Assembly (NCBI RefSeq): GCF_006345805.1
Contig: NC_043005.1
Location: 94,302,001-94,366,000, forward strand
Reading direction: 5' to 3'
DNA: 64,000 bases
DNA from: Octopus sinensis
Lineage: Eukaryota
Shown: piece by piece, positions 1 to 12,334 of the stretch
Layout: every line of letters starts with the position of its first letter
Position numbering within the stretch: position 1 is the first letter of the stretch
Position numbers and translations under genes: made by a program
The notes under the pieces: generated by a model
Database searches by the model: none
What the model was told of the DNA's origin: nothing
The model's input: only the letters and a program-made list of their open reading frames with translations

Positions 1-20
1 ATACATATATATATATTATA

Positions 21-76
<56 letters not shown>

Positions 77-78
<2 letters not shown>

Positions 79-245
79 TTGCGGCCAAAATGTTCAGAAT
101 GGCATTGTTTTCGTCAGAAAAGTAGGTATAATTTTTATCAAATTTGTTTTATATTCTATAATTTTCACAGACAATAAATACGATATTATTTATTATTGTC
201 TGTGATTTTGGTGTAATTTGAGAGGATAATTGAGAGGATATATCA
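77..245 (+). mobile_element. Possible solitary Tc1-like transposon terminus
   Basis: TA followed by CAGTTGCGGCCAAAA directly after a (TA)n tract, resembling Tc1-type TIR starts (CAGTG/TnnGGCCAAAA). No partner TIR was seen in the window. Confidence 0.3.
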
Positions 246-261
246 AACATTGGCAAACTTC

Positions 262-620
262 TTTTCTGCTTCTCCCTTGGCTATACATACTCATTTCCTA
301 GCTTCCCTTCTGGCTATCTGATACAGTTCCTTGCTATGCCCACTCTTCTAGGCCAATTTCTTTGCTCCAATGGCCCTCTCTACAGTATTGTTCTACCATC
401 ACATTACCATAGGTCTTGAAGGGACTTTGCACCAGCCACAGGTTTGGTCTGTGGTGTTCAGCTGTCTTGCAGGAATTCCCAGTTGCCCTCTGTGTCACAA
501 GTCTGTAGCTCCTTCTCTCTCTCATCAAATTTCTCAATGAGGATGTCCCTAATGCTCTGACCATGTAAAGGGTTCTTAATCTTCTAAGTCCTTCTTTTCA
601 AGATTGATCTGCATCTTGGC
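262..620 (-). mobile_element. Degraded RTE-clade LINE ORF fragment (endonuclease-RT linker region)
   Basis: Minus strand with stops and frameshifts reads LNTTDQTCGWCKVPSRP..NTVERAI..SKELYQIARREARK.VCIAKGEAEKK, matching the RTE-type 'CGW..TWWW..AI..Y..AR+EA++.V..A' linker. Confidence 0.75.
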
Positions 621-1302
621 AGAGAAAGAGAGAATGAGTGAGAGAGGTGATGATGATGATGTCTAAACATCAGTTCTGAAAATGAAAATGGTTGAATGTC
701 TATGATTAAAAGCTTTGACAAATATGAAAATAAAATAATTTTTTTGTTATAAAGTTGTTTGAAAAGTTTCCTTACAATTACCATTTATTCTTAGCACGTT
801 ATGCACCTTTCTAACAAGACTTAAGAAATTTGCTATATCGCAGAAGAGAGCAATATGAAGCTGATATTCACACAAAAAATATTTTGGAAGGCATTGGGCT
901 TGACCAGATTTTCCTCCCCAGAACTGGAAACTTAAAGGTCAACTTGTTGCTCACATGCAAGAACACAAGTCAGTTGTCAATATTTAAGTTGTAAAGCTAA
1001 TATACAGGGAATGTTAACTTTACAACTCGATCCAAATGTTGCAGATAGAATAAGTTCTATTTCAGTATTATATAATGGAAATTAGTAAGGTTCAATGTTT
1101 GCAAATGGATATGATTGTTGTGTGTATTATCAGTATAATTTTATATGTTTTCCATGAATGAATCATCATGATTCAAGTCAGTTATTAACCAGAATTCCTG
1201 CCTTGCAAGACATGCCAGAGGACCAAGTGTTGCTTGAGACATCTTGAAGGGCAGTATATTCTGTGTGGAATACAACAGGATTTGGAAAGATGAGAATGAA
1301 GT

Positions 1303-1512
1303 TTAACCCTTAGCATCTAAACTGGCCAAATATTCAACCTGTTTTATCTTCAAAATAGCAAGAGCTGGCCTCTTACACCTGACCTACAATATCATTATAA
1401 AAATAAACAATTATGTCATTGAAATCTCAAAGCGTTGAGATAATTTAACTAAAAACAATGTGAATAAATAAGTATTACAGTTGACAGAGAAATCTGAATA
1501 CTAAAGGATTAG
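1303..1512. mobile_element. piggyBac-like MITE (TTAA|CCC...GGG|TTAA type), degenerate right end
   Basis: Starts TTAACCCTTAGCAT and ends ATACTAAAGGATTAG. The body is homologous to the inverted copy at 19920-20385 and the partial copy near 15268-15380. Confidence 0.65.
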
Positions 1513-2904
1513 AATTTTACACTACACATTAATAACAGCAATTTGTATGCCAAAAAATATAATACCCAAACACCCATATACCACACACTTACACGTCCAT
1601 TATTATACAAACAACTCATCAAAAATTAATTAACTAAGAATTATATTTCCTCTGTTTTTATTTTAATTTATTTTTTACAAACTTATTATGTCTCAGTCAA
1701 AAGAGAAACTTCAGTAGTACCCATGTCAGGATCTTTTCCTATGACCTTTCAGGTCTTGGAGTAGTGAGAAGTGGGTAGGTCTGAAAGACTCACAATTCAT
1801 AGAAACCTGCACACACAAGGAAGCAGAGCATTTAGATATTATTGATTGAAATTTAACTGAATGTTTGCAGTTGAGAAACCTCTTTTAAAGGCACCAAGGA
1901 AAGTTTAATGCCATGCAATGATTTAAATCCATATCTCAAGAAATAGCAAAGTTAATTTGACATTCTATACATTGTCACTGATAACATTTGGATCGACTAG
2001 TGCCAGGGCATAATGCATTTCTCCAAACTGTCACATTGTGGATAAACTCTTAATAATTATGTGATTACAAAATAAGCATCTTTTTCCGTGCAGACAAAGT
2101 TACCTGTTTTATTCAGATTTGTTTATGTGGGCAATATGTAATGACATTCACACACAAACACAATGGGCTTCTCACAAGGCATTAGTCAAATTAAAAAGAT
2201 ACTTGCCCAGAACTTAGAGGGGAATTAACAGATGTTATTTTCAGGAATGTAGAACAAGGGAATTCAAAGCCACAGTTTCAAATGTCATAGTCATTATACT
2301 CCTTGCCTATCAAGTTCTTTTATTATATCTTTTCTTTACAGATGTTTATTATATCTTTTCTTTACAGATGTTTGGATGCACTGTTTGATCTGTTCCACAG
2401 CAGCAGTTTTTGGTCCTTAAGGTAACAATGAAGTGTCAATGTGAGAGGTGGAAATTGAAGCCAGACAGAAGGCCCTCTCGGCTAATATTTCTCCTGCTCT
2501 GTCTCACAGAGACGTACATAACACCAACAGCATGACATTATAAATGTTTCTTCTACCGCTAATCTTGTAAATGATGGAGGCAATGACAAGTGCTGGAGAC
2601 CTTCAGCAATTTGCTGTGCTTGAAAAGATGCACCTAACCAAGTGAAATCATAGTTGTGGTCAGTGCTGGTAACGTGTAGTGACACATAAAAAGCACCCAT
2701 GCTGGAGTTTATTCTTTCATGGAATTTAACTTTATGAAAACGAAACAATAATAAAGAAAGAATGAACAAAATAATTTTTACATAGGGATTCCCTGAAACA
2801 TAGAAATTATTTTTAAGTGTTTATATAAGAGTGAAAAAGTTAAGAAATGCTACATTTTGAATATGCATTTTTAATGCCTAAAATGTACAATAATCACTGT
2901 ATAT

Positions 2905-3706
2905 ATGGCTGGACACTGCCACAGATCTCCAGAAAATATTGCAGCGGTAAAAGCTACATTTCAACAGCCTTCACGCCGTTCCACATATAAACACGCCCAG
3001 GCTCTTAGACTTTCCGAAAGAAGTTTGCGAAGAATTCTTCACAATGATCTTCAAATGCATCCATACAAAATGATGTTGGCACAAGAACTCAGCGAAATGG
3101 ACACTGAAACTCGCAGAGCATTGTGTTTGGAAATTCAACAACGTCCCCCATGCAGCAGTGGTGTTGTTCAGTGACGAGGCACATTTTCACCTGTGTGGCA
3201 CAGTGAATAAGCAAAACGTCAGATACTGGGCCGAGAACAACCCTCGTGAGATGCATGAATGCACTTTGCATTATCTTCGGGTGACTGTATGGTGTGCTGT
3301 GGCAGAATTCGGTATATGGGGTCCGTACTTCTTCGAAGAAGACAACGTTACAGTGACTGTGAACTCTGATTGATATTGTGAGATGCTGGAGACTTTTCTC
3401 AGACCAAAATTGAATATGCTCCACGATTTTTTTCTCTGGGGATACCTCAAGGTATACATTAATCGCCCTCGATCTATTGAACAACTTAAAGATGCAATTC
3501 GTCAAGAAATTAATGCCATTCCACATGAAATGACCCGCCGAGACTTTCGATAGTGTGTGGACAATAATGGATCCCAGTTGATTGATTTAATTTTTAAAAC
3601 AATGAAACAAAGTACTTTTCAAAAATAAAAACACTTCTTTGTTTCTGTACTTCATTTGCCTTTTATTTACCTACAAATGTGTCAGATCATTTTGCCTGAC
3701 CCTGTA
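2905..3706 (+). mobile_element. Tc1/mariner transposase pseudogene, rosa (DD41D)-like, internally deleted, with right TIR
   Basis: Motifs HPYKM..QEL, FSDEAHFHLCGTVNKQNVRYW..NP, VTVWCAV..GPYFFE, DFFLWGYLK. The QQDGA-PPRSPDL segment is missing. Ends TTTTGCCTGACCCTG followed by TA. Confidence 0.85.
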
Positions 3707-3776
3707 TATTAATATTCATATATATATATATTATATATATGTATATATACATATATATACCTTTATATATATATAT

Positions 3777-3825
<49 letters not shown>

Positions 3826-3828
<3 letters not shown>

Positions 3829-4196
3829 TTAATCGTAATAGAATCGACAGCTTATATTTATTGCTGCCGATAAATTTGGCGCGAGTGCCATGATTAGAAA
3901 ATTTTAGGTCAGATATTACATTGGCAGGGTCGAAAATGCCTCGTGAAAATATCTGTTCCGACTTGTGGCTATTCCTTACTGAAGAATCTGAGGGCCTATG
4001 GAAGATTGGCTTGATTTAATTTAATCAGGTTAGTTTACCATTAAACGGCAGATGAAACGGTGCATCGTATAGAAATTACAGGGTAAATGTTTTTTAAATT
4101 TTCTCCTGGTTTACGGAGTTGACTTTTATTTGCGGTTGAAGCTTTGGCTGTTATTTCTAGTGGGTGAATGGCCTATTATGGCCGTTCCTTGATTGT

Positions 4197-4199
<3 letters not shown>
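3826..4199 (-). repeat. Partial copy of the ~488 bp unit of the 51270-53279 fold-back element, inside (TA)n
   Basis: Closely matches 52915-53279, ends in the same ...CCGTTCCTTGATTGT(T)GA terminus, and has (TA)n on both sides. Confidence 0.85.
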
Positions 4200-4254
<55 letters not shown>

Positions 4255-4269
4255 GAGAGAGAGAAAGCG

Positions 4270-4620
4270 CAGGAGTGGCTATCAGGAAGTTAACATTTAT
4301 TCATGAGATCAAAGTCACAAAAGTTTTCTGCACGTGTTACGATATTGCAAAAAAGCATGAAAGAGTAAACAAAACAATTATCAAGACTTGATAAACATAA
4401 TCTTATTATCAATCAGACATATCTGAAAACATTGAGAATAAGCATAAGTTAACAACATTGCTAACTCTAATTTTTCAGTACTTATCTGCTATAATTTGAC
4501 ATTTTGTATCCTGAATACCTTTTATATTTTTCTGTTAAATAGTATCATTCAATAATAATATTTGTGCTAAATCTTTTTATCGATAAACTAGCTAACTAGG
4601 CCCAAAATTTTCGGAAAATA
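4270..4620 (+). repeat. Detached copy of the degenerate AT-rich satellite (sister of ~6815-7090)
   Basis: Shares AGATCAAAGTCACAAAAGTTTTCTG...TTTTCAGTACTTATCTGCTATAATTTGACATTTTGTATCCTGAATAC...GCTAACTAGG with 6815-7090. Confidence 0.75.
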
Positions 4621-6339
4621 AAAACACATTCAAGAGCTGTTATTAAAATCAGTCATAATCCTTTAAATTGGGATTGAAGAAGGATTGCACTTTTTATTCT
4701 AGTTCATTCGAAAGTTCATAAATTAAAGTGCACAATATGCCCAAATGATATAAAGCATTGTGGAAAAGTTGTTCTATATTTCATTAAATCCTAATTCTAC
4801 AGGTTTTAAATGATTGAAAAGTTAAAGGTATTAAATCACCCAAGAATACACCAGCAAATCATAAACATCTAATTTCTAATGCCAGATACATATTTAATCT
4901 CCTGGCTGGCTTCAAGAAATGAACATTTGTTGGCTGCTGCACTACAATTGCACCAATTTATCCAATTAAAGTAGAAAATTCATGATACATTTATATATAT
5001 ATTATATATATAGTGTTGAAGAAGCAAAAAGTAATAATAGTTATGTAATGTAATCATCAGTAACAACGATAATAATGGTAATTCTTTCAAAATTTGGCTC
5101 AATAACATCAGTGCACTTTTGCCAAGAAGAGGGTTAAGCAAAATGAAACCATAATCCAGTATGGACCAATTGCTTTTCAATCAAAAGTTTCAATGGGGGT
5201 TCAATCTTTTGGTGTATCATCTTGAACAACCTTGAAATCAATTGGAACTCCATTGCATAGATTGCATCTGTTATTTAAAGATTTGATCTTGTCACAATGT
5301 CACTCTGTTCTTGCTTTGTACTTTCAGCTGTACATAGAGTACTTAGACACAGATGAATTTGATGAAACTGATCTTTAATTTCATCAACTATTATGCCTTT
5401 CCTTAAATAGTTTTAACAATTAATTGCGAACATTTAGTGAATGTTATTTTTCTTCTTAACAGATCTTAAAATAACAGGACTGTAGTAAGTAAATTCCTCC
5501 AGTATTTCTTGTTTGGTTGGAATAGGCTTATCTTCTAATTAACTAAATTTAGTACTCGTTTATAATAATGAAGCAATCTCATAGAGATAGGACACTTATA
5601 TATTTATTTTTAGTAGATTTTTTGCAGCAGAATAAAAAAAGAATATTTAATCTTGTTAGGCTGTGTGAACGAAACTGTCTTCAATGAATATATCTCAGCT
5701 TGCCTTTTGTTCAATTCCCAACAGAAGGCAAAAATAATACAAATTTATATTTTACCCAAAGAAATGCCAAAACGAAAACTCAATATGATTTTCAATATTG
5801 AGGCATCTTTGAATGTTTTATCCTGTATGCACAAACATCACTGAAAAAAAAATCATTAAAACCTTTTGTAACTTTAAGACTTTTTTTTTATCAAGATTTG
5901 AATTCATAAAATAAAAACAATAACTAGCATAAGTCTTTCTTTTCCACTTTCCTTAATTAATTTTGGACCTTATACATTTGAACTTTGAACGAAAGTAAAA
6001 AAATGTTTTCCAGCAGGATTTGAATTAGATTTGTTCAGAAAAGAGATGGCTGCCGGTACACCCAGAAGATTTGGTACACAATATAACACAAAAATTAGAA
6101 ATACAATTGTCTTTGAGAGTTTCTTGGGCCAATGTATTGTTCTGCCTGATCTTAACAGGTGGGTGTGGCCACTGTGTAATTAAGTGATAAAGACTCCCTA
6201 ACATATGCTTTATTCTGTCGTTGCACGGAAATTGTCTCTGTAAGACCATTCACCTCAGGTTTAACCTTGAGGTGTGCAAGAAAACATAGAAAGTTTTATC
6301 GCTAGCAGAAAATAGACAGAACGCATAAAAACTGTCTAA

Positions 6340-8520
6340 AAAAAAATGTCTAAAAATTCTTAATTCAAATTTGTGGTTTATTAGTACTTTGTATTTTTGC
6401 GGTAAAATTTGTATCCTGAAAATTTTTGATATTGTGATCAGTCATTTTACTTATATGACGAAGCGATCAAAATTGCTGACATTTTGGTTATCTTTGATAT
6501 TATCAAAAAGTTAACATTTATTCAGAAGTTCAGTAAAGTTACAAAAGTTTTTAGTATGTGTCAAAATAAGCATTAAAGGGTGAATAAAATTTCTAATTCC
6601 ATAAATACTACATTCAAAACTTTGACACATTTAAGACTTTTTGTTTTCTAAAAACTATTGTACATAATGATCTGTTGGATAAAAAATAAGAAATATGAGA
6701 TCTCTCGTCCTGTAAGTGAACAACATTGCTAACTCAAAAGAGTTAACAATGTTGTTCACTTAACCATAACGATCCGGAAAATTTTATTGATATTTATTCA
6801 GTTAACATATTTATACTAAGATCAAAGTCACAAAAGTTTTCTGTACATGTTACAATATTGCAAAGAAGCATGAAAGAATAAACAAAATTATTAAACAATA
6901 TTATTAAAATATCTGAAAACATTGCTAACCTCAAATTAATTTTTCAGTACTTATCTGCTATAATTTGACATTTTGTATCCTGAATACTGTTTACATTTTT
7001 GTGTTAAATATTATTATCATTCGATAATAATATTTGTGCTAAACTTTTTATCGATAAACTTGTTATTACTTAACAGCTAACTAGGCACAGAGGTTTTTAG
7101 AAAACAAAATGTCAATATATTGCAAATAAGCATAGAAGAGTTAAGAAAATTGTTAATTTAAATTTGTTGTTGTTTTTATAATTTTATAATTTCATTCCAA
7201 TTTAAATTTAAAACACATGTTTTAGGAAACAGTACGTGTCAAAATATTGCCAATTTGGTGTATCCTAATAACTTCTGAGATCTCATCTTATTTTCAATTA
7301 GTGAACTAAATGTGTTTTTTGGGTGTTACAATTCGAATTTGTTGTTTTTTTAGTACTTCTTTGTATTATTTTGATACAATTTGCATCCTGAAAACTTTTG
7401 AGATCTCTTTGATAAATATTTGATCTGTCTGATAAATATAATATTATCAGTTAGTAAAAGTCTCTAAAAAACAGTTTTAATGAATTTTTTTAGTGAAATT
7501 TTTGCATATAGGAAAAAACATTGAAAAATGCCTCAATAATGAAAATCATTGTTTTCGTTTTTCGCCTTCTGCTGCACAATGCAGGCATATTTATTTAAAG
7601 TCTTAAATACTTAATGAACTCCTTGATAATCACCTGTTTTTAGAAAACAGTACGTGTGAAAATAATGCAAATAAGCAAAGTGAACAAAATTGCTAACAAA
7701 TTTGTTGTATCCTAAAAACTTTTGAGATATTTGGGTATAAATAAGATCATATGCATCAAAATATTTTTGTGATCTCTTTGATAAATATAGTCTTATTATT
7801 AGTTACTTAACTTATATTTACCATATTGCAAATAAGCATAAAAAATTTGTACCCCGAAAATATTGAGACTGTTGTGATATCTTTTATAAATATGATATTA
7901 ATAACGTTAAATTATATTTACCCAAGAGATCACTCAAGATACAAATGTTTTAAGAAAACAAAATTAGTCAAAATAAGTAAAATAAGCATAAAATAATGAA
8001 AATTGCTAATTTTAATTTGTTGCTTTTTAGTACTTATTTGCAATATTTTCATAGATTTTGTATCCTAAAAACTTTTGAAATAATCTTATCAATATTATAA
8101 ATGATTATAAGGTCACAAAAAGTTTGTTTTCTTTTAGTATTTATTTGCGATATTTTGGCACATTTTGTATCCTAAATAATTTTTACATTTTTGTGATCTC
8201 TATGATAAATATAAACTCATTATCAATCAGTTAACTTATATTTACACGTCAGAAGTTTTCTAGAAATTGTTTGCAATTTCAACGCTTGTATCCTGAAAAT
8301 TTTTAACACTTTAGTGATCACTGAAGTAACATAAGTTATCAGAAAACAAAATCTGTCAAAATATTAAAAATAAGCATAACTTAATCGTTTTGATAATTAT
8401 AATCCTAAAATATATTTACCCAATAGATCAGTCATTTCACATATTTTTAGATAAGAGTACGTGTCAAAATATTGCAAATAAGCCTAACAAAGTGAACAAA
8501 ATTGCTAATTTAGTACTTAT
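6340..8520 (+). repeat. Ancient degenerate AT-rich tandem repeat, irregular units of roughly 110-190 bp
   Basis: Recurring anchors TTTGTATCCT(G/A)AAAA, GTACGTGTCAAAATATTGCAAATAAGC and AAAATTGCTAA at irregular spacing (e.g. ~6410, 6975, 7260, 7385, 7705, 8058, 8166, 8287). Confidence 0.7.
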
Positions 8521-8810
8521 TTTTTAGGCAACAAAAAAAATCACACGAAAAAAAAGACACAAACACATAAATCACACATAAAACACAAAACGCATACAGA
8601 AAAGTAAAAATCACACAACACAGAAAACACAAAAATCACACACAACGATCAAGGCACACAAAACAGACACAGACATGCAAGATCACAAAACATAAAACAA
8701 AAACGAAATTCATAATCAAAATATACGAAATACACACACATAGATAAATAACACTAAACACAAAATTTACAAAAAAACAGAAACATTAACTAATCTCAAA
8801 GTCAGAGAAC
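8521..8810. repeat. A/C-rich low-complexity tract
   Basis: Runs of AAAACAC(A)-like words; a similar tract lies at ~12205-12312, on the other side of the GC-rich block. Confidence 0.7.
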
Positions 8811-8924
8811 AAGAATAAATTGCAAGAAAATTGTATATTCTGTTAACTACATATTTAAGGGAGATAACTAATAAATATCTTGTAGAGTTACTTCCCTTGC
8901 AATTTATAATACCGACGTGACTTT

Positions 8925-9042
8925 TTTATCTTTTACTTATTTGACTGTGCCTATGCTGGAGCACCGCCATTTGTCGAGCAAATCGACACCAGTACTTATT
9001 CTTTGTAAGCGTAGTATCTATTCTATCGGTCTCCTTTGCCGA
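8925..9042 (-). mobile_element. 3' tail of a tRNA-derived octopus-type SINE (first half of a split copy)
   Basis: ATGCTGGAGCACCGCC..TCGAGCAAATCGAC..CTATCGGTCTCCTTTGCCGA matches the tails at 32215-32370 and 53770-53955 in reverse orientation. Confidence 0.8.
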
Positions 9043-9430
9043 TAGAATTGGCTTGCAGTCGGCAGGTGGATGTCTTCGGGATCGTTCGGCATGATGCCCG
9101 AGACGTCAGCCTAAGACGCCTTCACGCCACCCTTCATTCTCCGTTCGTCCACGCGCCGCGGGTCCGCCAGCGGCAGGCCTGCGCCGGTCGCCCGTTCCTC
9201 CGCCGTGCTACCGTGCCCGAAATCGAAAGAACGAACCTAAGCGCGCGGTATCGCCCACGTACGCGTGGACGTAGCCGCGACCGATGTCGCGAGATGCACG
9301 CGCTCGATACGCCGACGTGGTCCGTCCCGTAAAATCCCGAAAGATGACAACTGCTGCCAGTATAAGTAGGAGCTGCCTTCGCCAGCAGCTCCGCCACGCT
9401 ACCGTGCCCGAAATAGAAAGTACGAACCTA
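9043..9430 (+). repeat. Near-identical duplicate of GC-rich spacer segment 10123-10510, lodged inside the SINE
   Basis: GGCTTGCAGTCGGCAGGTGGATGTC...GAACCTAAG matches 10123-10510 with only a few differences; both flanks are consecutive parts of one SINE. Confidence 0.85.
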
Positions 9431-9524
9431 AGCTAGATTACGGAGAGGGAAACACACCAGCATCGGTTGTCGAGCGATGTTGGAGGCAGAAACACAGAAA
9501 CTCACACACACATACATATATATA

Positions 9525-9581
<57 letters not shown>

Positions 9582-9656
9582 CGTGCGTGTGTATACATAT
9601 TCACATATACGACGGGCTTCTTTCTGTTTCCGTGTATCAAATCCACTCACAAAGCG
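9431..9656 (-). mobile_element. Second half of the split SINE (central part plus (CA)n)
   Basis: AAACACACCAGCATCGGTTGTC...ATACGACGGGCTTCTTTC..CAAATCCACTCACAA; truncated before the tRNA head. Confidence 0.8.
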
Positions 9657-11969
9657 GAAGCTGAAAAAATCCCGTCCCGTAAAATCCCGAAAGATGACAA
9701 CTGCGGCTAGCACGAGGCAGAGGCAGGCCTACACCGCCGCGCTACCGTGCCCGAAATCGAAAGACCGAATCTAAGCACGCGGCATCGCCCACGTACGCGT
9801 GGACGTAGCCGCGACCGATGTCGCGAGATGCACGCGGCCAGTGTAAGCAGGGGCTGCCTACGCCAGGCCTGCTCCCGCCTTCGCCTGCAGTCCCGCCGCG
9901 CTACTGTGCCCGAAATCGAAAGAACGAACCTAAGCTCGCGGTTTGGCCCACGTACGCGTGGACGTAGGCGTGATCGATGCCGTCAGTCTCCGGGTAGATA
10001 GAGCGACGTGGTCCGACCCGTAAGTCGAAAGAATCCGACCCGTAAGCTCACGGGTCGGCCCCGGCTGGATAGTCACGCTCTAGGTGACGGTCGCACCCTA
10101 AGGGGGTCAAGACTATATTGAGGGCTTGCAGTCGGCAGGTGGATGTCTTTGGGATCGTTCGGCATGATGCCCGAGACGTCAGCCTAAGACGGCACCGCCT
10201 TCACGCCACCCTTCATTCTCCGTTCGTCCACGCGCCGCGGGTCCGCCAGCGGCAGGCCTGCGCCGGTCGCCCGTTCCTCCGCCGCGCTACCGTGCCCGAA
10301 ATCGAAAGAACGAACCTAAGCGCGCGGTATCGCCCACGTACGCGTGGACGTAGCCGCGACCGATGTCGCGAGATGCACGCGCTCGATACGCCGACGTGGT
10401 CCGTCCCGTAAAATCCCGAAAGATGACAACTGCTGCCAGTATAAGTAGGGGCTGCCTTCGCCAGCAGCTCCGCCACGCTACTGTGCCCGAAATAGAAAGT
10501 ACGAACCTAAGTTCGCGGTATGGCCCGCGTACGCGTGGACGTACCCGCGACCGATGCCGGAAGGCGTTCACGAGATACACGCGGTTTATACGACGACGTG
10601 GTCCGTCCCGTAAAACCCGAAAGATGACAACTGCGCCAGCACGAGGTAGCGGCAGGCCTGCACCGGTCTCCCGCGTCTCCGCCGCCCTACCGTGCGTGAA
10701 ATCGAAAGAACGAACCTAAGCTCGCGGTGTGGCCCACGTACGCATGGACGTAGCCGCGACCGATGCCCACGCTGGATAGTCACGCTCTAGGGGGTCCAGA
10801 CTACTATGTAGGGTTGTGGTTGATCGGCATAGGTGACCGTCTGGAAGGGATGTCCTCGTAGCTCCTTTTCTGCCAACGGTTAGCTCCCCGTTTGCCGGTG
10901 CAAGATCGACTCTACACGGCTGGCGCGTCCTCGAATTTCCGCCGCCGCACCGCCCGCCTTTCAGACGCTGCGTTCGCTCGCCCATTGACGCCCGCGTTTG
11001 CCCGCCTCTTCACGCCCGCCTATAAGACGCTGCGTTCTACCCGCCCCTTTTGACGCACCCCTTCGCCCGCCTCCGGACGTCCGCCTTTGCCCGCCTTTCA
11101 GACGCCGCTGCGTTCTCCCGCCCCTTTTGACGCACGCGTTTGCCCGACTTCGCTCGCTCGCCCGCCGGCATCCGCCGCACAACCGCTCTTTATGTAGGGT
11201 CGTGGCCGAACGGCATAGGTGACCGCCTGGAAGGGATGTTGTCGTCGCTCCTTTCTGCCAACAGTTAGCTCCCCTATTGCCGGTGCAAGGTCGACTCTAC
11301 ACGGCGGGCGAGTCCTCGAATCTCTGCCGCCGCAGCCACACCGCCCGCCATTCAGACGCGTTCCCTCGACGCCCGCGTCTGCCCGCCTTTCAACGCTCGT
11401 AGGTTCGTCCTCTCGCAATCGAACCCCTTTTCGTTATCACATTTTCTCGCCTCCTCCAACCCCCGGCCTCGTCTTCGCAGCCGAGGACCCGGTCATGTTA
11501 CGCCGCTGACCTCGTAGCGTTTCTACCTCTTCTGCTGCTGCTGCAGCTTCCCCCGGCATCACCGCCTTGGTACGCGTCGTTTTCGTGGCGACCACCGTCA
11601 TAGCACTCGCTCGTTGACCGCAGTCCGGACGCAGTTCGTCGCAGCCGTTTCGAAAGGAGGAGGAGGAAGCGACCACCGACGCATAGGGCGCCGGGCGAGT
11701 CTAAAAGCTGCAGCGGGCCCGCCCATCGCCGCTGCCCCTCTCGTCTGCCGCCTTAGTTGCTGGCCTTCGCCTCTTCCGCCCGAAACCGGCCCCACTTCCA
11801 ATCGACCCGCACCGGAGCCCGTCCGCAGCGGCCCCGGTGTGCGGCAGTCCTATCGCAAACCGTTTTTGCTCCGCGAACGCTTCTTCTCGTTTGTTTTCGC
11901 CTCCTCCCCAGCGTTGGAGGAGGAGGCGCGCGCGTATACGAACGGCGGCCGAATTCGTGAGCGCTCGCG
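9657..11969 (+). other. GC/CpG-rich subrepeat block, probably rDNA intergenic spacer plus 5' ETS (orphon)
   Basis: ~200-250 bp subrepeats (CCGTCCCGTAAAATCCCGAAAGATGACAACTG; CCCGAAATCGAAAGAACGAACCTAAG), a duplicated 10800/11190 module, and direct contiguity with an 18S fragment. The spacer/ETS identity is inferred from position. Confidence 0.65.
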
Positions 11970-12203
11970 ATCGGAATGAGTACACTTCAAATCCGTTAAC
12001 GAGGATCGACCGGAGGGCAAGTCTGGTGCCAGCAGCCGCAGTAATTCCAGCTCCGGTAGCGTATATTAAAATTGTTGCGTTTGAAAAGCTCGTAGTCGGA
12101 ATTCGGGTCTCGAAAACGTGCCCAGCACGTTCGGGGCAACGGCGCCGTCGCAGGCGCGCTTCTGGCGCGTCCGCTTCGGTCGTCCGTTTGCACTCCCGAC
12201 CCT
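11970..12203 (+). rRNA. 18S rRNA: 18S rRNA internal fragment (V3-V4 region), pseudogene/orphon
   Basis: GGAATGAGTACAC..AACGAGGATC..GGAGGGCAAGTCTGGTGCCAGCAGCCGC(A)GTAATTCCAGCTCC..TAGCGTATATTAAA..TTGTTGC..AAAAGCTCGTAGT is the universal eukaryotic SSU block. It is followed by GC-rich V4-like sequence, and both ends are truncated. Confidence 0.9.
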
Positions 12204-12334
12204 AAGTAAAGAAAACACAAAATAAATAAATTTTGTTAAACAAAGCAAATAAAACACAAAAACACAAAGTAAATAATTTTTTAAACAAATAACACACAAA
12301 AACACAAAGTAAGGATTGTCTAATCGTGGACTAG

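Noticed and set aside
2318-2425. Possible plus-strand micro-exon (TTTACAG|...TAAG|GTAAC) with a tandemly duplicated acceptor
   Set aside because: One frame is open (CLDALFDLFHSSSFWSL), but no neighbouring exons or homology support it; the 27 bp duplication could be simple slippage.
4790-5400. Possible hAT transposase relic on the minus strand (IVDEIKD..., NGVPIDF..., ARRLNM)
   Set aside because: Only scattered weak resemblances across different frames; not supportable without an HMM search.
9217-10720. Regularly recurring ~26-32 bp motifs resembling a CRISPR array
   Set aside because: The sequence between the motifs is itself repeated rather than unique spacers, there are no cas genes, and the context is eukaryotic.
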